A stretch of DNA of 32,000 nucleotides, taken from Candidatus Pelagibacter ubique HTCC1062 (GTDB lineage Bacteria; Pseudomonadota; Alphaproteobacteria; Pelagibacterales; Pelagibacteraceae). The notes below the pieces were generated by a model. The model was not told the origin of the DNA, did no database searches, and saw only the letters and a program-made list of their open reading frames with translations. A program made the position numbers and the translations under genes. The DNA lies in NCBI RefSeq assembly GCF_000012345.1, contig NC_007205.1, forward strand, positions 120,001 to 152,000, written 5' to 3'. Shown here piece after piece: positions 1-8,355 of this stretch (the first letter of the stretch is position 1; each line of letters starts with the position of its first letter).

Positions 1-1
1 T

Positions 2-94
2 TATGGAACCAAAGAGCATTTAAAAGCAATTAAGCAATTTGGTATTACCAAATATCACCGTAAAACATTTTCACCTATTAGTGATCTTCTATAA
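2..94 (+). CDS. rnhB: Ribonuclease HII, C-terminal fragment (gene starts upstream of window)
   Basis: Frame 2 reads YGTKEHLKAIKQFGITKYHRKTFSPISDLL then TAA at 92-94. The YGTKEH...HRKSF-type tail is the conserved RNase HII C-terminus as I recall it. Only 30 aa are visible. Confidence 0.7.
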   Translation, partial: YGTKEHLKAIKQFGITKYHRKTFSPISDLL

Positions 95-146
95 ATTATA
101 ATAATTACAACACAAGATCTGGTTGTTTAAGAAATAACAAACACAA

Positions 147-198
147 ATTGAATCCATTTAATTCAATCACAGGTTGACCGTGGAATCCGTTTGGAGTC
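147..198. promoter_or_regulatory. Cluster of three GANTC (CcrM target) sites plus a 7-bp inverted repeat in the 121-nt ccrM leader/promoter region
   Basis: GAATC at 150-154 and 183-187; GAGTC at 194-198. ATTGAAT (147-153) and ATTCAAT (161-167) form an inverted repeat with a 7-nt spacer. All lie 18-70 nt upstream of the ccrM ATG at 216. Confidence 0.5.
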
Positions 199-215
199 TA
201 ATTGTTTTATAGAAA

Positions 216-1286
216 ATGGAAAACAATTTTAAAAATAAGATTATTAATGGTGACAGCCTTGAAGAATTAAAAAAAATTCCAAGCGAAACATTTGATCTTG
301 TTTTTGCTGATCCACCATACAATTTACAATTAAAAAATTCCCTTACAAGACCAGATAGAAGCAAAGTCAATGCTGTTAATGATAAATGGGATCATTTTGA
401 AAGCTTTAAAAAGTATGACGAGTTTACAGTTGCTTGGCTTTCTGAATGTAAAAGAATATTAAAAAAAGATGGAGCTATATGGGTCATTGGAAGTTATCAT
501 AATATTTTTAGAGTAGGCACTGCAATACAAAACTTAGGTTTTTGGATTTTAAATGATGTTATCTGGAATAAGAATAACCCAATGCCTAATTTTAGAGGAA
601 CAAGATTTACTAATGCTCATGAAACTTTAATTTGGGCATCTAAAAGTGAGAAGTCAAAATATACTTTTAACTACCAATCTTTGAAATGTTTAAATGATGA
701 CCTTCAAATGAGATCTGATTGGAATTTACCTATTTGTAATGGCGCAGAAAGACTTAAGAAAAATGGTAAAAAAGTTCACTCTACTCAAAAACCTGAATCT
801 TTATTGCATAGAGTTTTATTAGCATCATCAAATAAAGGAGACATGATTTTAGATCCATTCTTAGGGTCTGGAACAACTGCAACAGTTGCTAAAAAACTTG
901 GTAGAAAATATTATGGTATAGAAAAAGAGAAAGTCTATTTTAAAGCAGCAGAAGAAAGGTTAAAAAATACAAAACCTTTGGAGGATAATTTCTTAGACAC
1001 TTTAAAAAATAATAGATCTAAACCTAGAATACCTTTTGGATCACTGGTAGAGCTTGGAATAATAAAGCCTGGAACAAGTATTTTTGATCAAAAGAAAAAA
1101 ATAGTTGCTAAGATTATGGCAGATGGAAGTATCAAACATAATCAAGCTGAAGGATCAATTCATAAGGTTGCTGCAACGATACTTGGCTCAGAAAGCTGTA
1201 ATGGATGGACTTATTGGCATTGCACAGTAAATGGTGTTTCTGTGCCAATTGATAATTTAAGACAAAGATTAATTTCTAAAAATTAG
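216..1286 (+). CDS. ccrM: CcrM-type N6-adenine DNA methyltransferase (beta class, GANTC-specific family)
   Basis: 356 aa. DPPY catalytic motif sits near the N-terminus (FADPPYNL) and the AdoMet motif later (DPFLGSGTT), which is the beta-class order. The ~80-aa C-terminal extension and the length match CcrM. No restriction enzyme gene is adjacent. Confidence 0.9.
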   Translation: MENNFKNKIINGDSLEELKKIPSETFDLVFADPPYNLQLKNSLTRPDRSKVNAVNDKWDHFESFKKYDEFTVAWLSECKRILKKDGAIWVIGSYHNIFRVGTAIQNLGFWILNDVIWNKNNPMPNFRGTRFTNAHETLIWASKSEKSKYTFNYQSLKCLNDDLQMRSDWNLPICNGAERLKKNGKKVHSTQKPESLLHRVLLASSNKGDMILDPFLGSGTTATVAKKLGRKYYGIEKEKVYFKAAEERLKNTKPLEDNFLDTLKNNRSKPRIPFGSLVELGIIKPGTSIFDQKKKIVAKIMADGSIKHNQAEGSIHKVAATILGSESCNGWTYWHCTVNGVSVPIDNLRQRLISKN

Positions 1287-2434
1287 TCTTTATAAATTTT
1301 ACCAAGATAGCTGTTAATAAATTTTTCATTTTTAACTAATTTTTGCATTATTAAGTTTCTAATCCAAATTATTAATGGATTGGATAAATGAAAAGCAAAA
1401 TAATTAAGTTTTGATTTCATATTAATCATCCTTACTCTTTTAATTCTTTCAGAGTTAAATTGAGTTTTTTCATTTTCTAAATTTTTATAAAGTTCATGAG
1501 CAACCTCTATTGATTGAGAGGCACCTTGAGCAAAAGTTGGGGGTAAAGCAAAAAAGGCATCTCCAATAATAAAGGTATCTTTATTTTTTGGTTCATTGAC
1601 ATCGGAACTCACAAATATTGGAAAACATTTAATACTTTTTAGATTGTTTATTGTTTCGGTGGGTACTTGCTTTGATATTTCAGACATAATAGATGCAGCA
1701 AAATCCTTGTTCTCAAATAAAGAATAATCAGACAACTCTTTAGTGCTAAGCTTTTTTCTAAAAATGGTAATAAAATTAAACTGTCCTTTACTATTAACTG
1801 GATAAAGAACTGAGTGTAAATTAGACCCTAAAAACAAAGATATATTATCTGGGTTAATGCCCTTAAGGGCATCCTGGTCAATTGTTGCTCTTAAGGCAAT
1901 AGAGTTAAAATACTTTGGCTTAGTTTCTTTATTGGCAATTAATGATTTTGTTTTTGAAAAAGTTCCATCGGAGATAATTAAGTAATCACATTTAACAGAT
2001 AAACCATCCTCAAAAGATACTTCTTTATTTTCAGCTTCTTCATTAATTTTTATAACTTTTTTATTATAATAGATAATATTTTCATGAAGCCCATCTTTTA
2101 AGAAATTAATCAAAGTAGATCGCTGTAAGGTCGTATATTTTCTATCCGTGCTGTTAAACATGGATATATCTAAATCACATATTTTCTTATTATTTTTTAA
2201 AGAATAGAAGTCTAGTTTATGGGGGTGAAATTTATCTTTTACACTAATTTTTTGAAAATTTATTTGATTTAATAGTTTAATACTATTCACTGAAAGTTGA
2301 ATTCCGTATCCTTTTTCTAAGTTAACAGAACTATTTTTCTCATAAATTGTAATTTTATAATTTGAGTTTTGACTTAAAAGATTTGCAATATACAGACCTG
2401 AAATACCCGCCCCTATTATTGCTATATTTTTCAT
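1283..2434 (-). CDS. FAD-dependent monooxygenase (salicylate-hydroxylase/UbiH-like class A flavoprotein)
   Basis: 383 aa. N-terminal Rossmann motif IAIIGAGISGL and C-terminal FAD motif GDAFFALPPTFAQGASQSIE. Substrate is not inferable. Confidence 0.8.
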   Translation of the reverse strand: MKNIAIIGAGISGLYIANLLSQNSNYKITIYEKNSSVNLEKGYGIQLSVNSIKLLNQINFQKISVKDKFHPHKLDFYSLKNNKKICDLDISMFNSTDRKYTTLQRSTLINFLKDGLHENIIYYNKKVIKINEEAENKEVSFEDGLSVKCDYLIISDGTFSKTKSLIANKETKPKYFNSIALRATIDQDALKGINPDNISLFLGSNLHSVLYPVNSKGQFNFITIFRKKLSTKELSDYSLFENKDFAASIMSEISKQVPTETINNLKSIKCFPIFVSSDVNEPKNKDTFIIGDAFFALPPTFAQGASQSIEVAHELYKNLENEKTQFNSERIKRVRMINMKSKLNYFAFHLSNPLIIWIRNLIMQKLVKNEKFINSYLGKIYKD

Positions 2435-3414
2435 TAATTTTTTTTTAAATAGTTAAAAATTTTTTTAGTAAATGTGGGCAAAGTATAATCTTCAAGCTTA
2501 GAGCTATCAATCCAAGAAGAGTTAGAAATTGTACCCTTTAACTTGGAAAACTTGATTATTACATTCATATTCATATTTGATATCTTGAAGTTTAAAGCTT
2601 TTGCTAAATTATCAGGTTTAGATATTTGCTTCATGGGAAATATTTGTAAATTCTTTAAAAAATTAAATTTAGTATTTTTTATCAGTAAAAATTTATTATT
2701 CTTTTTATAAACTTCTAACAAATAAAATTTATCAATCTTTTTTTTTCTTTCTTTTATTGTTTCAAAATCTTTTTTTTTAAAAGACTTACAATTTTTAATT
2801 AAAGGGCATTGGTAACATAGGGGATTTTTAGGTCGACAAATCAATGCACCTAACTCCATTAGTGCTTGAGCATAATCACTTGCTCTAGTTGAATTACCTA
2901 ATATTTTTTTACTCTTAACAAGATTATCTTTTGTAATTTCTTTAGGTAATTTTAAATTTAATAATCTTTTAATTACTCTTTCAATATTTCCATCTAAGGG
3001 AATAAATGGCTTGTTAAAGGCAATTGCCATTATTGCATTAGAAGTGTAGTCACCTATTCCAGGTAATAATTTTAATTCATCAATCGTGTTTGGTAACCTT
3101 CTGTTAAAATTTTTTTCTAATATTTGTGCAGTTTTTTTTAAGTTTTTTACTCTTGAATAATAACCAAGGCCCTCCCAATATTTTAAAAGCTTATGTTCCT
3201 TAATTTTTGATAGAGATTTAATATCTGGAATATCTTTTATAAAATTATTAAAGTATGGAATTACAGTTGCAACCTGCGTTTGCTGTAACATAAATTCACT
3301 CACTAACGTATAATATTCTCGCTTAACTTGTGATAGCTCTTTTCTCCATGGGAGTGATCTTTTATTATTATCGTACCAATAAAGAATTTTTTTTGTTAGT
3401 ATGGATTTGGTCAT
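2434..3414 (-). CDS. mutY: A/G-specific adenine DNA glycosylase MutY
   Basis: LPWR motif, HhH-GPD region (LPGIGDYTSNAI) and 4Fe-4S loop CRPKNPLCYQCPLIKNC. The ORF track extends to 3459. I prefer the ATG at 3412-3414 (MTKSILTKKILYWY...), which abuts the divergent gene's ATG. The start is uncertain. Confidence 0.88.
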   Translation of the reverse strand: MTKSILTKKILYWYDNNKRSLPWRKELSQVKREYYTLVSEFMLQQTQVATVIPYFNNFIKDIPDIKSLSKIKEHKLLKYWEGLGYYSRVKNLKKTAQILEKNFNRRLPNTIDELKLLPGIGDYTSNAIMAIAFNKPFIPLDGNIERVIKRLLNLKLPKEITKDNLVKSKKILGNSTRASDYAQALMELGALICRPKNPLCYQCPLIKNCKSFKKKDFETIKERKKKIDKFYLLEVYKKNNKFLLIKNTKFNFLKNLQIFPMKQISKPDNLAKALNFKISNMNMNVIIKFSKLKGTISNSSWIDSSKLEDYTLPTFTKKIFNYLKKN

Positions 3415-3903
3415 ATGCAATTTAAAAATAATACTAAGCAGAGGTTTAAAACTATTCAAGGCTTAAGGTCTTTTAAAGACACTTTGCCAAAAAACATTAA
3501 AAAAATAATCAAAAAAAAGGGTCATATATTTTCTGAAACACTTAATAACTGGAAGTACATAGTTGGAGATGATCTTTTTCAAATATGCTATCCCAAATCC
3601 TTTAAAAATTCGAATAAATTTGGAGTAAGCACTCTTCAAATAATGGTAAAGAGAGGACATGAGATTGATTTAGAGTATTCTAAAAAAATAATAATGGATA
3701 AAATGAATAGTTTTTTTGGCTATGCCGTTGTTGAGAAATTGAAATTCATAAGCTTTGATGACGCCCAAACAAAGTTCAAAAAATTAGACACTAATGAAAA
3801 TCATGTGACAAATATTAAATATGCAGATAGGATAAATAGTATTAAGAATGATAAAATTAAAAAATCATTACTTGAATTAACAAAACTATTTAAACAACGA
3901 TGA
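3415..3903 (+). CDS. DUF721-family protein (conserved alphaproteobacterial neighbour of mutY/dsbA/smc)
   Basis: 162 aa. The pattern ...LPKNIKKIIKKKGHIFSETLNNWKYIVGDDL...P resembles the DUF721 N-terminal pattern (G...W..ivG). Synteny mutY<>DUF721-dsbA-smc is typical of alphaproteobacteria (recall, not searched). Confidence 0.65.
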   Translation: MQFKNNTKQRFKTIQGLRSFKDTLPKNIKKIIKKKGHIFSETLNNWKYIVGDDLFQICYPKSFKNSNKFGVSTLQIMVKRGHEIDLEYSKKIIMDKMNSFFGYAVVEKLKFISFDDAQTKFKKLDTNENHVTNIKYADRINSIKNDKIKKSLLELTKLFKQR

Positions 3904-4490
3904 AAAAATTCACCTCAACATTATTTATAATATTTTTAATCTTCTCCACTAAAGCGCTTGCTGCAGATAATGAAATGGTCAAAAGAATTTCTGAAGGAAA
4001 AGAAAGTGCGAAAATAACAATAATTGCATACGAGTCATTGACTTGTGGTCACTGTGCAAATTTTCATAAAGATGTATTACCTGAACTTAAAAAGGACTTC
4101 ATTGATAAAGGATTAGTAAAAATAGAATTTAGACATTTTCCATTAGATTTAGCAGCTTTTAATGCATCAAAAATTGCTCAGTGTAATAACGATGGTAATT
4201 CAAATATTTTGCATATTTTATACTCTGGGCAAAAAAAATGGGCTAGAGGAAAAACTCCAGAAGAAGCAACGGGTTATTTAAAAAAATTCTTAGAAAGTGA
4301 AAGTGTAAACTTAGATTTTGAAAAATGCTTAAGTGATAAAGCTATAGAAGATTTTGTTTTAAATGATCGAATCGATGGGGTAAAAAAATTTGAAGTTAAT
4401 GCTACTCCTACGATAATAATTAATGATAAAAAGTTTGATAAAGCCCTAAATTATAAGAATTTAAAAAAATATCTGGAAAAACTGATATAA
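3900..4490 (+). CDS. DsbA-family periplasmic thiol:disulfide oxidoreductase
   Basis: 196 aa. Signal peptide (MKKFTSTLFIIFLIFSTKALA), CGHC active site and thioredoxin-fold length. The start overlaps the upstream stop (ATGA). Confidence 0.85.
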   Translation: MKKFTSTLFIIFLIFSTKALAADNEMVKRISEGKESAKITIIAYESLTCGHCANFHKDVLPELKKDFIDKGLVKIEFRHFPLDLAAFNASKIAQCNNDGNSNILHILYSGQKKWARGKTPEEATGYLKKFLESESVNLDFEKCLSDKAIEDFVLNDRIDGVKKFEVNATPTIIINDKKFDKALNYKNLKKYLEKLI

Positions 4491-4498
4491 GTTAGTCC

Positions 4499-7072
4499 AT
4501 GGAGTTTAAAAAAATCCAATTAAACGGATTTAAATCATTTGCTGAAAAAACAAATTTTCTTATAGAGCACGGCTTAACCGGCATCGTTGGTCCAAACGGT
4601 TGTGGGAAATCTAATATTGTGGAATCCTTAAGATGGGTTATGGGTGAAACCTCAGCTAAGAGTATGCGTGGTTCAGGTATGGAAGATGTTATCTTTAATG
4701 GCACATCTAATAAATCTTCTAAAAATATAGCAGAGGTTTCTATTAGTGTAGATAATGCAAGTCATGATGGTCCAATGCAATATAAAGATTTAGATCATAT
4801 TGAAGTTAGAAGAAAGATTGAAAAAGATAAGGGTTCAAAATTTTATATAAATGACAAAGAAGTTAGAGCTAGAGACGCTCAAATGTTTTTTGCAGATTTA
4901 TCTACGGGTGCTCATTCACCATCAATGATTAGTCAGGGACGAATTGGAGCTTTAGTAACTGCTAAGCCTACTGACAGGCGTGCAATCTTGGAGGAAGCAG
5001 CTAATATTTCAGGGTTACATGTGAGAAGACATGAGGCTGAACTTAGATTAAATGCTGCAGAGACAAACTTAAAAAGAGCTGATGAATTAAGAAGACAACA
5101 AGAAAAACAATTAGCAAACCTTCAGAAACAAGCTGAAGAGGCAACGAAATATAAACTTATATCTGAAGAAATAAAAAAAATTGAAGCGGGGCTATATTAT
5201 TTAAAATTATTAGACATTGATAATGAGATTAGAATAGAAAATGAAATTAACAATGAAGCTGAAGGAGAGGTAAGTAACTTCAATCAACAGATTGCTCAAT
5301 TTGAAAATTTAATTAAAACTGAAACAGATAAAGTTTCTCCCTTAAGAGAAAAAAATATAGAAAATCTATCCAAAATTCAAAGATTGAATTTAGAGCTACA
5401 AAATTTAGATGAAGAAAATGTTAGAACTCAAGATGAAATTGAAAATATTAAAAAATCCTTAAAAACTATCGAGGAAGATATAGACAGAGAAAAGGGGATT
5501 GTAATTGATGCTAACTCAAATGAAAGACGCCTAAAAGAAGAGAAAGCTGAATTAATAGAAATAGATTCTAAATATTTTGAAACAGAAAAATTATCAAACG
5601 AAGATCTTGAGAAGGCAAAAAACCTATTAAAAGATGAACAAAAATCTGTTGATGAAATTATTAATATTTTTGCTGATGGAAATATAAATATTGCTATTGG
5701 GCCAATTAAAAATGTTAAAAATACAATCACCAGAGCTAAAGAATTGATTAATAACAATGAAATTAATCAAGCGCTTACTTTACTTGATAGATGTCAAATT
5801 GAAATAGATGGTTTTTTAGATAATCTTGAAGATGAAGAGAGTAAGAAAAAGCTTTCTAATATTAATGAAAAAAATGAAAATATAAAATTATTGCAAGAAA
5901 AATATGCTGATAGTTTTAGTAAAAATCAATCAATAAAAAAAGAGTCTGTAAAAAGAAATGAAAGAATTAAAGCTATAGAATCAGAAGTTGAAAGTTGGAA
6001 AAACTTACTCTCTAATTCTGAAAAAATGGTAACAGAATTAACTGAAAGAAAAAATAAATTACTATCACAGTTAAATGAGCGTGATCAACAACCCAAAGCC
6101 CAAGCAGAAAGAAAAGGGCAAATTACTGAGGGTCTAAGAATTTCACAAAATGAAAAAATTGAAAATGAAAAAATAATTGAAGAAACAGATAAAAAGATAA
6201 ACTCTTTAAGACTTGAGTTAAATGACGTTCAAGAAAGATCTATTCAAATCAGAGAAAGAAAAGCAAGCTCAGGAGCAACTGTCGAAGGTTTAAAAAAACG
6301 TAAAGAAGATCTGTTAGAAAGAGTTAGTTCTGAACTTAATCTTGAAGAAAATGATATTCTAGAAAATTCTAATTTAAATGGTGTTGAAGAGCTACCTGAC
6401 TCTGTTGCACAAGAAGATGCTTTAGATAAAAAAAAAAATGAAAGAGAAAAATTGGGATCAGTTAACCTTAGAGCTGATGAAGAAACCAGTAAATATGAAA
6501 TAGAAATTAAAAAGATGGAACAAGATAGAGAAGATCTTGTATCTGCTATTATAAAATTAAAAGAAAGTATTAATGAATTAAATCAAAAAGGAAGAGAAAG
6601 ACTGTTAGAAGCTTTTGAAAAAGTTAATAGAAAATTTAATGAAGTTTATACAAAACTATTTAACGGTGGAAATGCAAAACTAGAGTTAGTAGATTCTGAT
6701 GACCCACTTGAAGCTGGTTTAGAAATGCTGGTAAGTCCTCCTGGTAAAAGACTTCAGTCTATAACTTTATTATCTGGTGGTGAACAAGCTTTAACAGCCT
6801 TGTCTCTTATTTTTGCAGTGTTCCTTACTAACCCATCTCCAATCTGTGTTTTAGATGAGGTTGATGCTCCACTAGATGATGCTAACGTAACAAGATTTTG
6901 TGGACTTCTTGATGATTTAACTAAAATAACTGACACTAAATTTATTATCGTAACTCACCATGCTCTAACTATGTCAAAAATGAATAGACTTTATGGAGTT
7001 ACAATGCCTGAAAAAGGTATTAGCCAACTTGTTGCTGTTGATTTACAAAAAGCAGAGAGCATGGTTGCTTAA
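4499..7072 (+). CDS. smc: SMC-type chromosome partition ATPase, unusually short (857 aa) with no obvious hinge
   Basis: Walker A GPNGCGKSN; RWVMGE; the EEAANISG segment that ends the N-head; C-head with LSGGEQALTALSLIFA signature and Walker B CVLDEVDAPLD. The middle ~460 aa is Lys/Glu-rich coiled-coil-like sequence. Confidence 0.85.
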   Translation: MEFKKIQLNGFKSFAEKTNFLIEHGLTGIVGPNGCGKSNIVESLRWVMGETSAKSMRGSGMEDVIFNGTSNKSSKNIAEVSISVDNASHDGPMQYKDLDHIEVRRKIEKDKGSKFYINDKEVRARDAQMFFADLSTGAHSPSMISQGRIGALVTAKPTDRRAILEEAANISGLHVRRHEAELRLNAAETNLKRADELRRQQEKQLANLQKQAEEATKYKLISEEIKKIEAGLYYLKLLDIDNEIRIENEINNEAEGEVSNFNQQIAQFENLIKTETDKVSPLREKNIENLSKIQRLNLELQNLDEENVRTQDEIENIKKSLKTIEEDIDREKGIVIDANSNERRLKEEKAELIEIDSKYFETEKLSNEDLEKAKNLLKDEQKSVDEIINIFADGNINIAIGPIKNVKNTITRAKELINNNEINQALTLLDRCQIEIDGFLDNLEDEESKKKLSNINEKNENIKLLQEKYADSFSKNQSIKKESVKRNERIKAIESEVESWKNLLSNSEKMVTELTERKNKLLSQLNERDQQPKAQAERKGQITEGLRISQNEKIENEKIIEETDKKINSLRLELNDVQERSIQIRERKASSGATVEGLKKRKEDLLERVSSELNLEENDILENSNLNGVEELPDSVAQEDALDKKKNEREKLGSVNLRADEETSKYEIEIKKMEQDREDLVSAIIKLKESINELNQKGRERLLEAFEKVNRKFNEVYTKLFNGGNAKLELVDSDDPLEAGLEMLVSPPGKRLQSITLLSGGEQALTALSLIFAVFLTNPSPICVLDEVDAPLDDANVTRFCGLLDDLTKITDTKFIIVTHHALTMSKMNRLYGVTMPEKGISQLVAVDLQKAESMVA

Positions 7073-7080
7073 TAATTTGA

Positions 7081-7356
7081 ATGCCAAAAGATAGCCTTAA
7101 AACTCGCTTGGAGATTGCAAAAAATAAGCTTTCTAAGAAAAATCTGTATAAAAATGAAGAGGCACCCTCTTCTATTGGAACTGCCTTTAAATTAAGTACA
7201 GAATTAGTGTCTGCAGTGGCAGTTGGGACAATTATAGGGTTTATTTTAGACAAGACCTTTGGTACTAAGCCCTGGTTAATATTAATATTTTTTTTTGTAG
7301 GTGTTGTTGCTGGAATTATAAACGTATTCAGATCTGCAAAAAATATGCAAAAATAG
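7081..7356 (+). CDS. atpI: ATP synthase protein I (AtpI/AtpZ-like small membrane protein)
   Basis: 91 aa with two predicted TM segments. It is the first gene of the F0 operon directly upstream of atpB, as in alphaproteobacterial atpIBEF'F operons. Confidence 0.7.
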   Translation: MPKDSLKTRLEIAKNKLSKKNLYKNEEAPSSIGTAFKLSTELVSAVAVGTIIGFILDKTFGTKPWLILIFFFVGVVAGIINVFRSAKNMQK

Positions 7357-7368
7357 ATTTAAAAAATT

Positions 7369-8103
7369 ATGGCTACAAACCCGATGAACCAATTCGAAGT
7401 TTATAGAATTGGACCAGAAATTAAATTAGGCGCAATAGATATTTCTTTCACAAATGCAAGCTTGTTTATGGTGATTAGTTCTCTTGCAATCTTACTAATT
7501 TTTAATTTAGGGTCAAAAAAAAATTCTTTACTACCAAGCAAGATGCAACTTCTTTCTGAATTAAGTTATACTTTTGTTTCCAAAATGATTAGTGATACCG
7601 CAGGATCAAAAGCAAAACCCTACTTTGCGTTTATCTTCTCAATATTTATGTTTGTGCTATTTTGTAATATGTTTGGGATGATCCCTTATGCCTTTACAGT
7701 AACTAGCCATATCATTGTTACTTTTATCTTGGCTTCATTTATTTTTGTGGGTGTAACAATTATTGGCTTTATGAAACATGGATTAGGATATTTAAAACTA
7801 TTTGTACCTAGCGGAGTACCTGCTGTACTATTACCACTAATAGTTGTTATAGAAATAATTTCTTACTTAAGTAGACCAGTTAGTCTTTCAGTTCGTTTAT
7901 TTGCAAACATGATGGCTGGTCATACAATGATGAAAGTTTTCGGAGGCTTTGTAATAAGCCTTGGAATAGTTGGTGGATGGCTTCCACTGAGTTTTTCGGT
8001 TGCATTAACTGGCTTGGAAATACTAGTTGCTTTTCTTCAAGCATATGTTTTCGCAATCTTAACCTGCATCTACTTGAATGATGCATTAAATTTACACCAT
8101 TAA
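7369..8103 (+). CDS. atpB: F0F1 ATP synthase subunit a
   Basis: 244 aa polytopic protein with the conserved SLSVRLFANMMAGH motif (essential Arg). Confidence 0.95.
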   Translation: MATNPMNQFEVYRIGPEIKLGAIDISFTNASLFMVISSLAILLIFNLGSKKNSLLPSKMQLLSELSYTFVSKMISDTAGSKAKPYFAFIFSIFMFVLFCNMFGMIPYAFTVTSHIIVTFILASFIFVGVTIIGFMKHGLGYLKLFVPSGVPAVLLPLIVVIEIISYLSRPVSLSVRLFANMMAGHTMMKVFGGFVISLGIVGGWLPLSFSVALTGLEILVAFLQAYVFAILTCIYLNDALNLHH

Positions 8104-8122
8104 CTAACATAAGGAGGATATA

Positions 8123-8350
8123 ATGGAATTAGAAGCAGCAAAAATGATCGGAGCAGGACTAGCAGCAATAGCTCTAGCGGGTGCCGGTGTTGGGATCGGA
8201 ATTATCTTTGGTAATTACCTTTCTGGCGCGATGAGAAACCCATCTGCAGCTCAAAAACAATTTCCTAATCTTTTATTAGGTTTTGCTTTAGCTGAAGCAA
8301 CTGGCCTATTTGGATTAGTTGTAGCGTTAATTATTTTATTTGCATTTTAA
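8123..8350 (+). CDS. atpE: F0F1 ATP synthase subunit c
   Basis: 75 aa hairpin protein with a GAGxGxG-type helix 1 and the carboxylate in LAEATGLFG. A strong Shine-Dalgarno AAGGAGG at 8111-8117 precedes it. Confidence 0.95.
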   Translation: MELEAAKMIGAGLAAIALAGAGVGIGIIFGNYLSGAMRNPSAAQKQFPNLLLGFALAEATGLFGLVVALIILFAF

Positions 8351-8355
8351 ATTTA

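Noticed and set aside
95-215. CtrA-box (TTAA-N7-TTAA) upstream of ccrM
   Set aside because: I found only half-sites (TTAA-N7-CAAA at about 127-141 and TTAA-N7-ACAG at about 158-172). TTAA is too common at this composition to call a site.
167-370. 67-aa minus-strand ORF overlapping the ccrM leader and 5' end
   Set aside because: It lies antisense to a well-supported gene, is low-complexity and has no recognisable motif. It is a typical shadow ORF in AT-rich DNA.
216-1286. ccrM as part of a restriction-modification or defence system
   Set aside because: No endonuclease, specificity subunit or other defence-like gene is adjacent; the flanks are rnhB and a monooxygenase/mutY. The architecture matches the orphan cell-cycle methyltransferase CcrM.
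5428-5757. 109-aa minus-strand ORF inside smc (similar cases at 4492-4704, 6754-6936, 7020-7253 and 3463-3660)
   Set aside because: These are antisense shadows of repetitive Lys/Glu codons (AAA/GAA read as TTT/TTC gives Phe/Ser/Ile-rich strings). They have no independent support.
6428-6438. A11 homopolymer inside smc, and another A11 run at 15409-15419 inside thrB, as possible phase-variation slippage tracts
   Set aside because: Both encode in-frame Lys-Lys-Lys-Asn (AAA AAA AAA AAT) in Lys-rich proteins of an AT-rich genome. The genes are housekeeping, and nothing suggests on/off switching.
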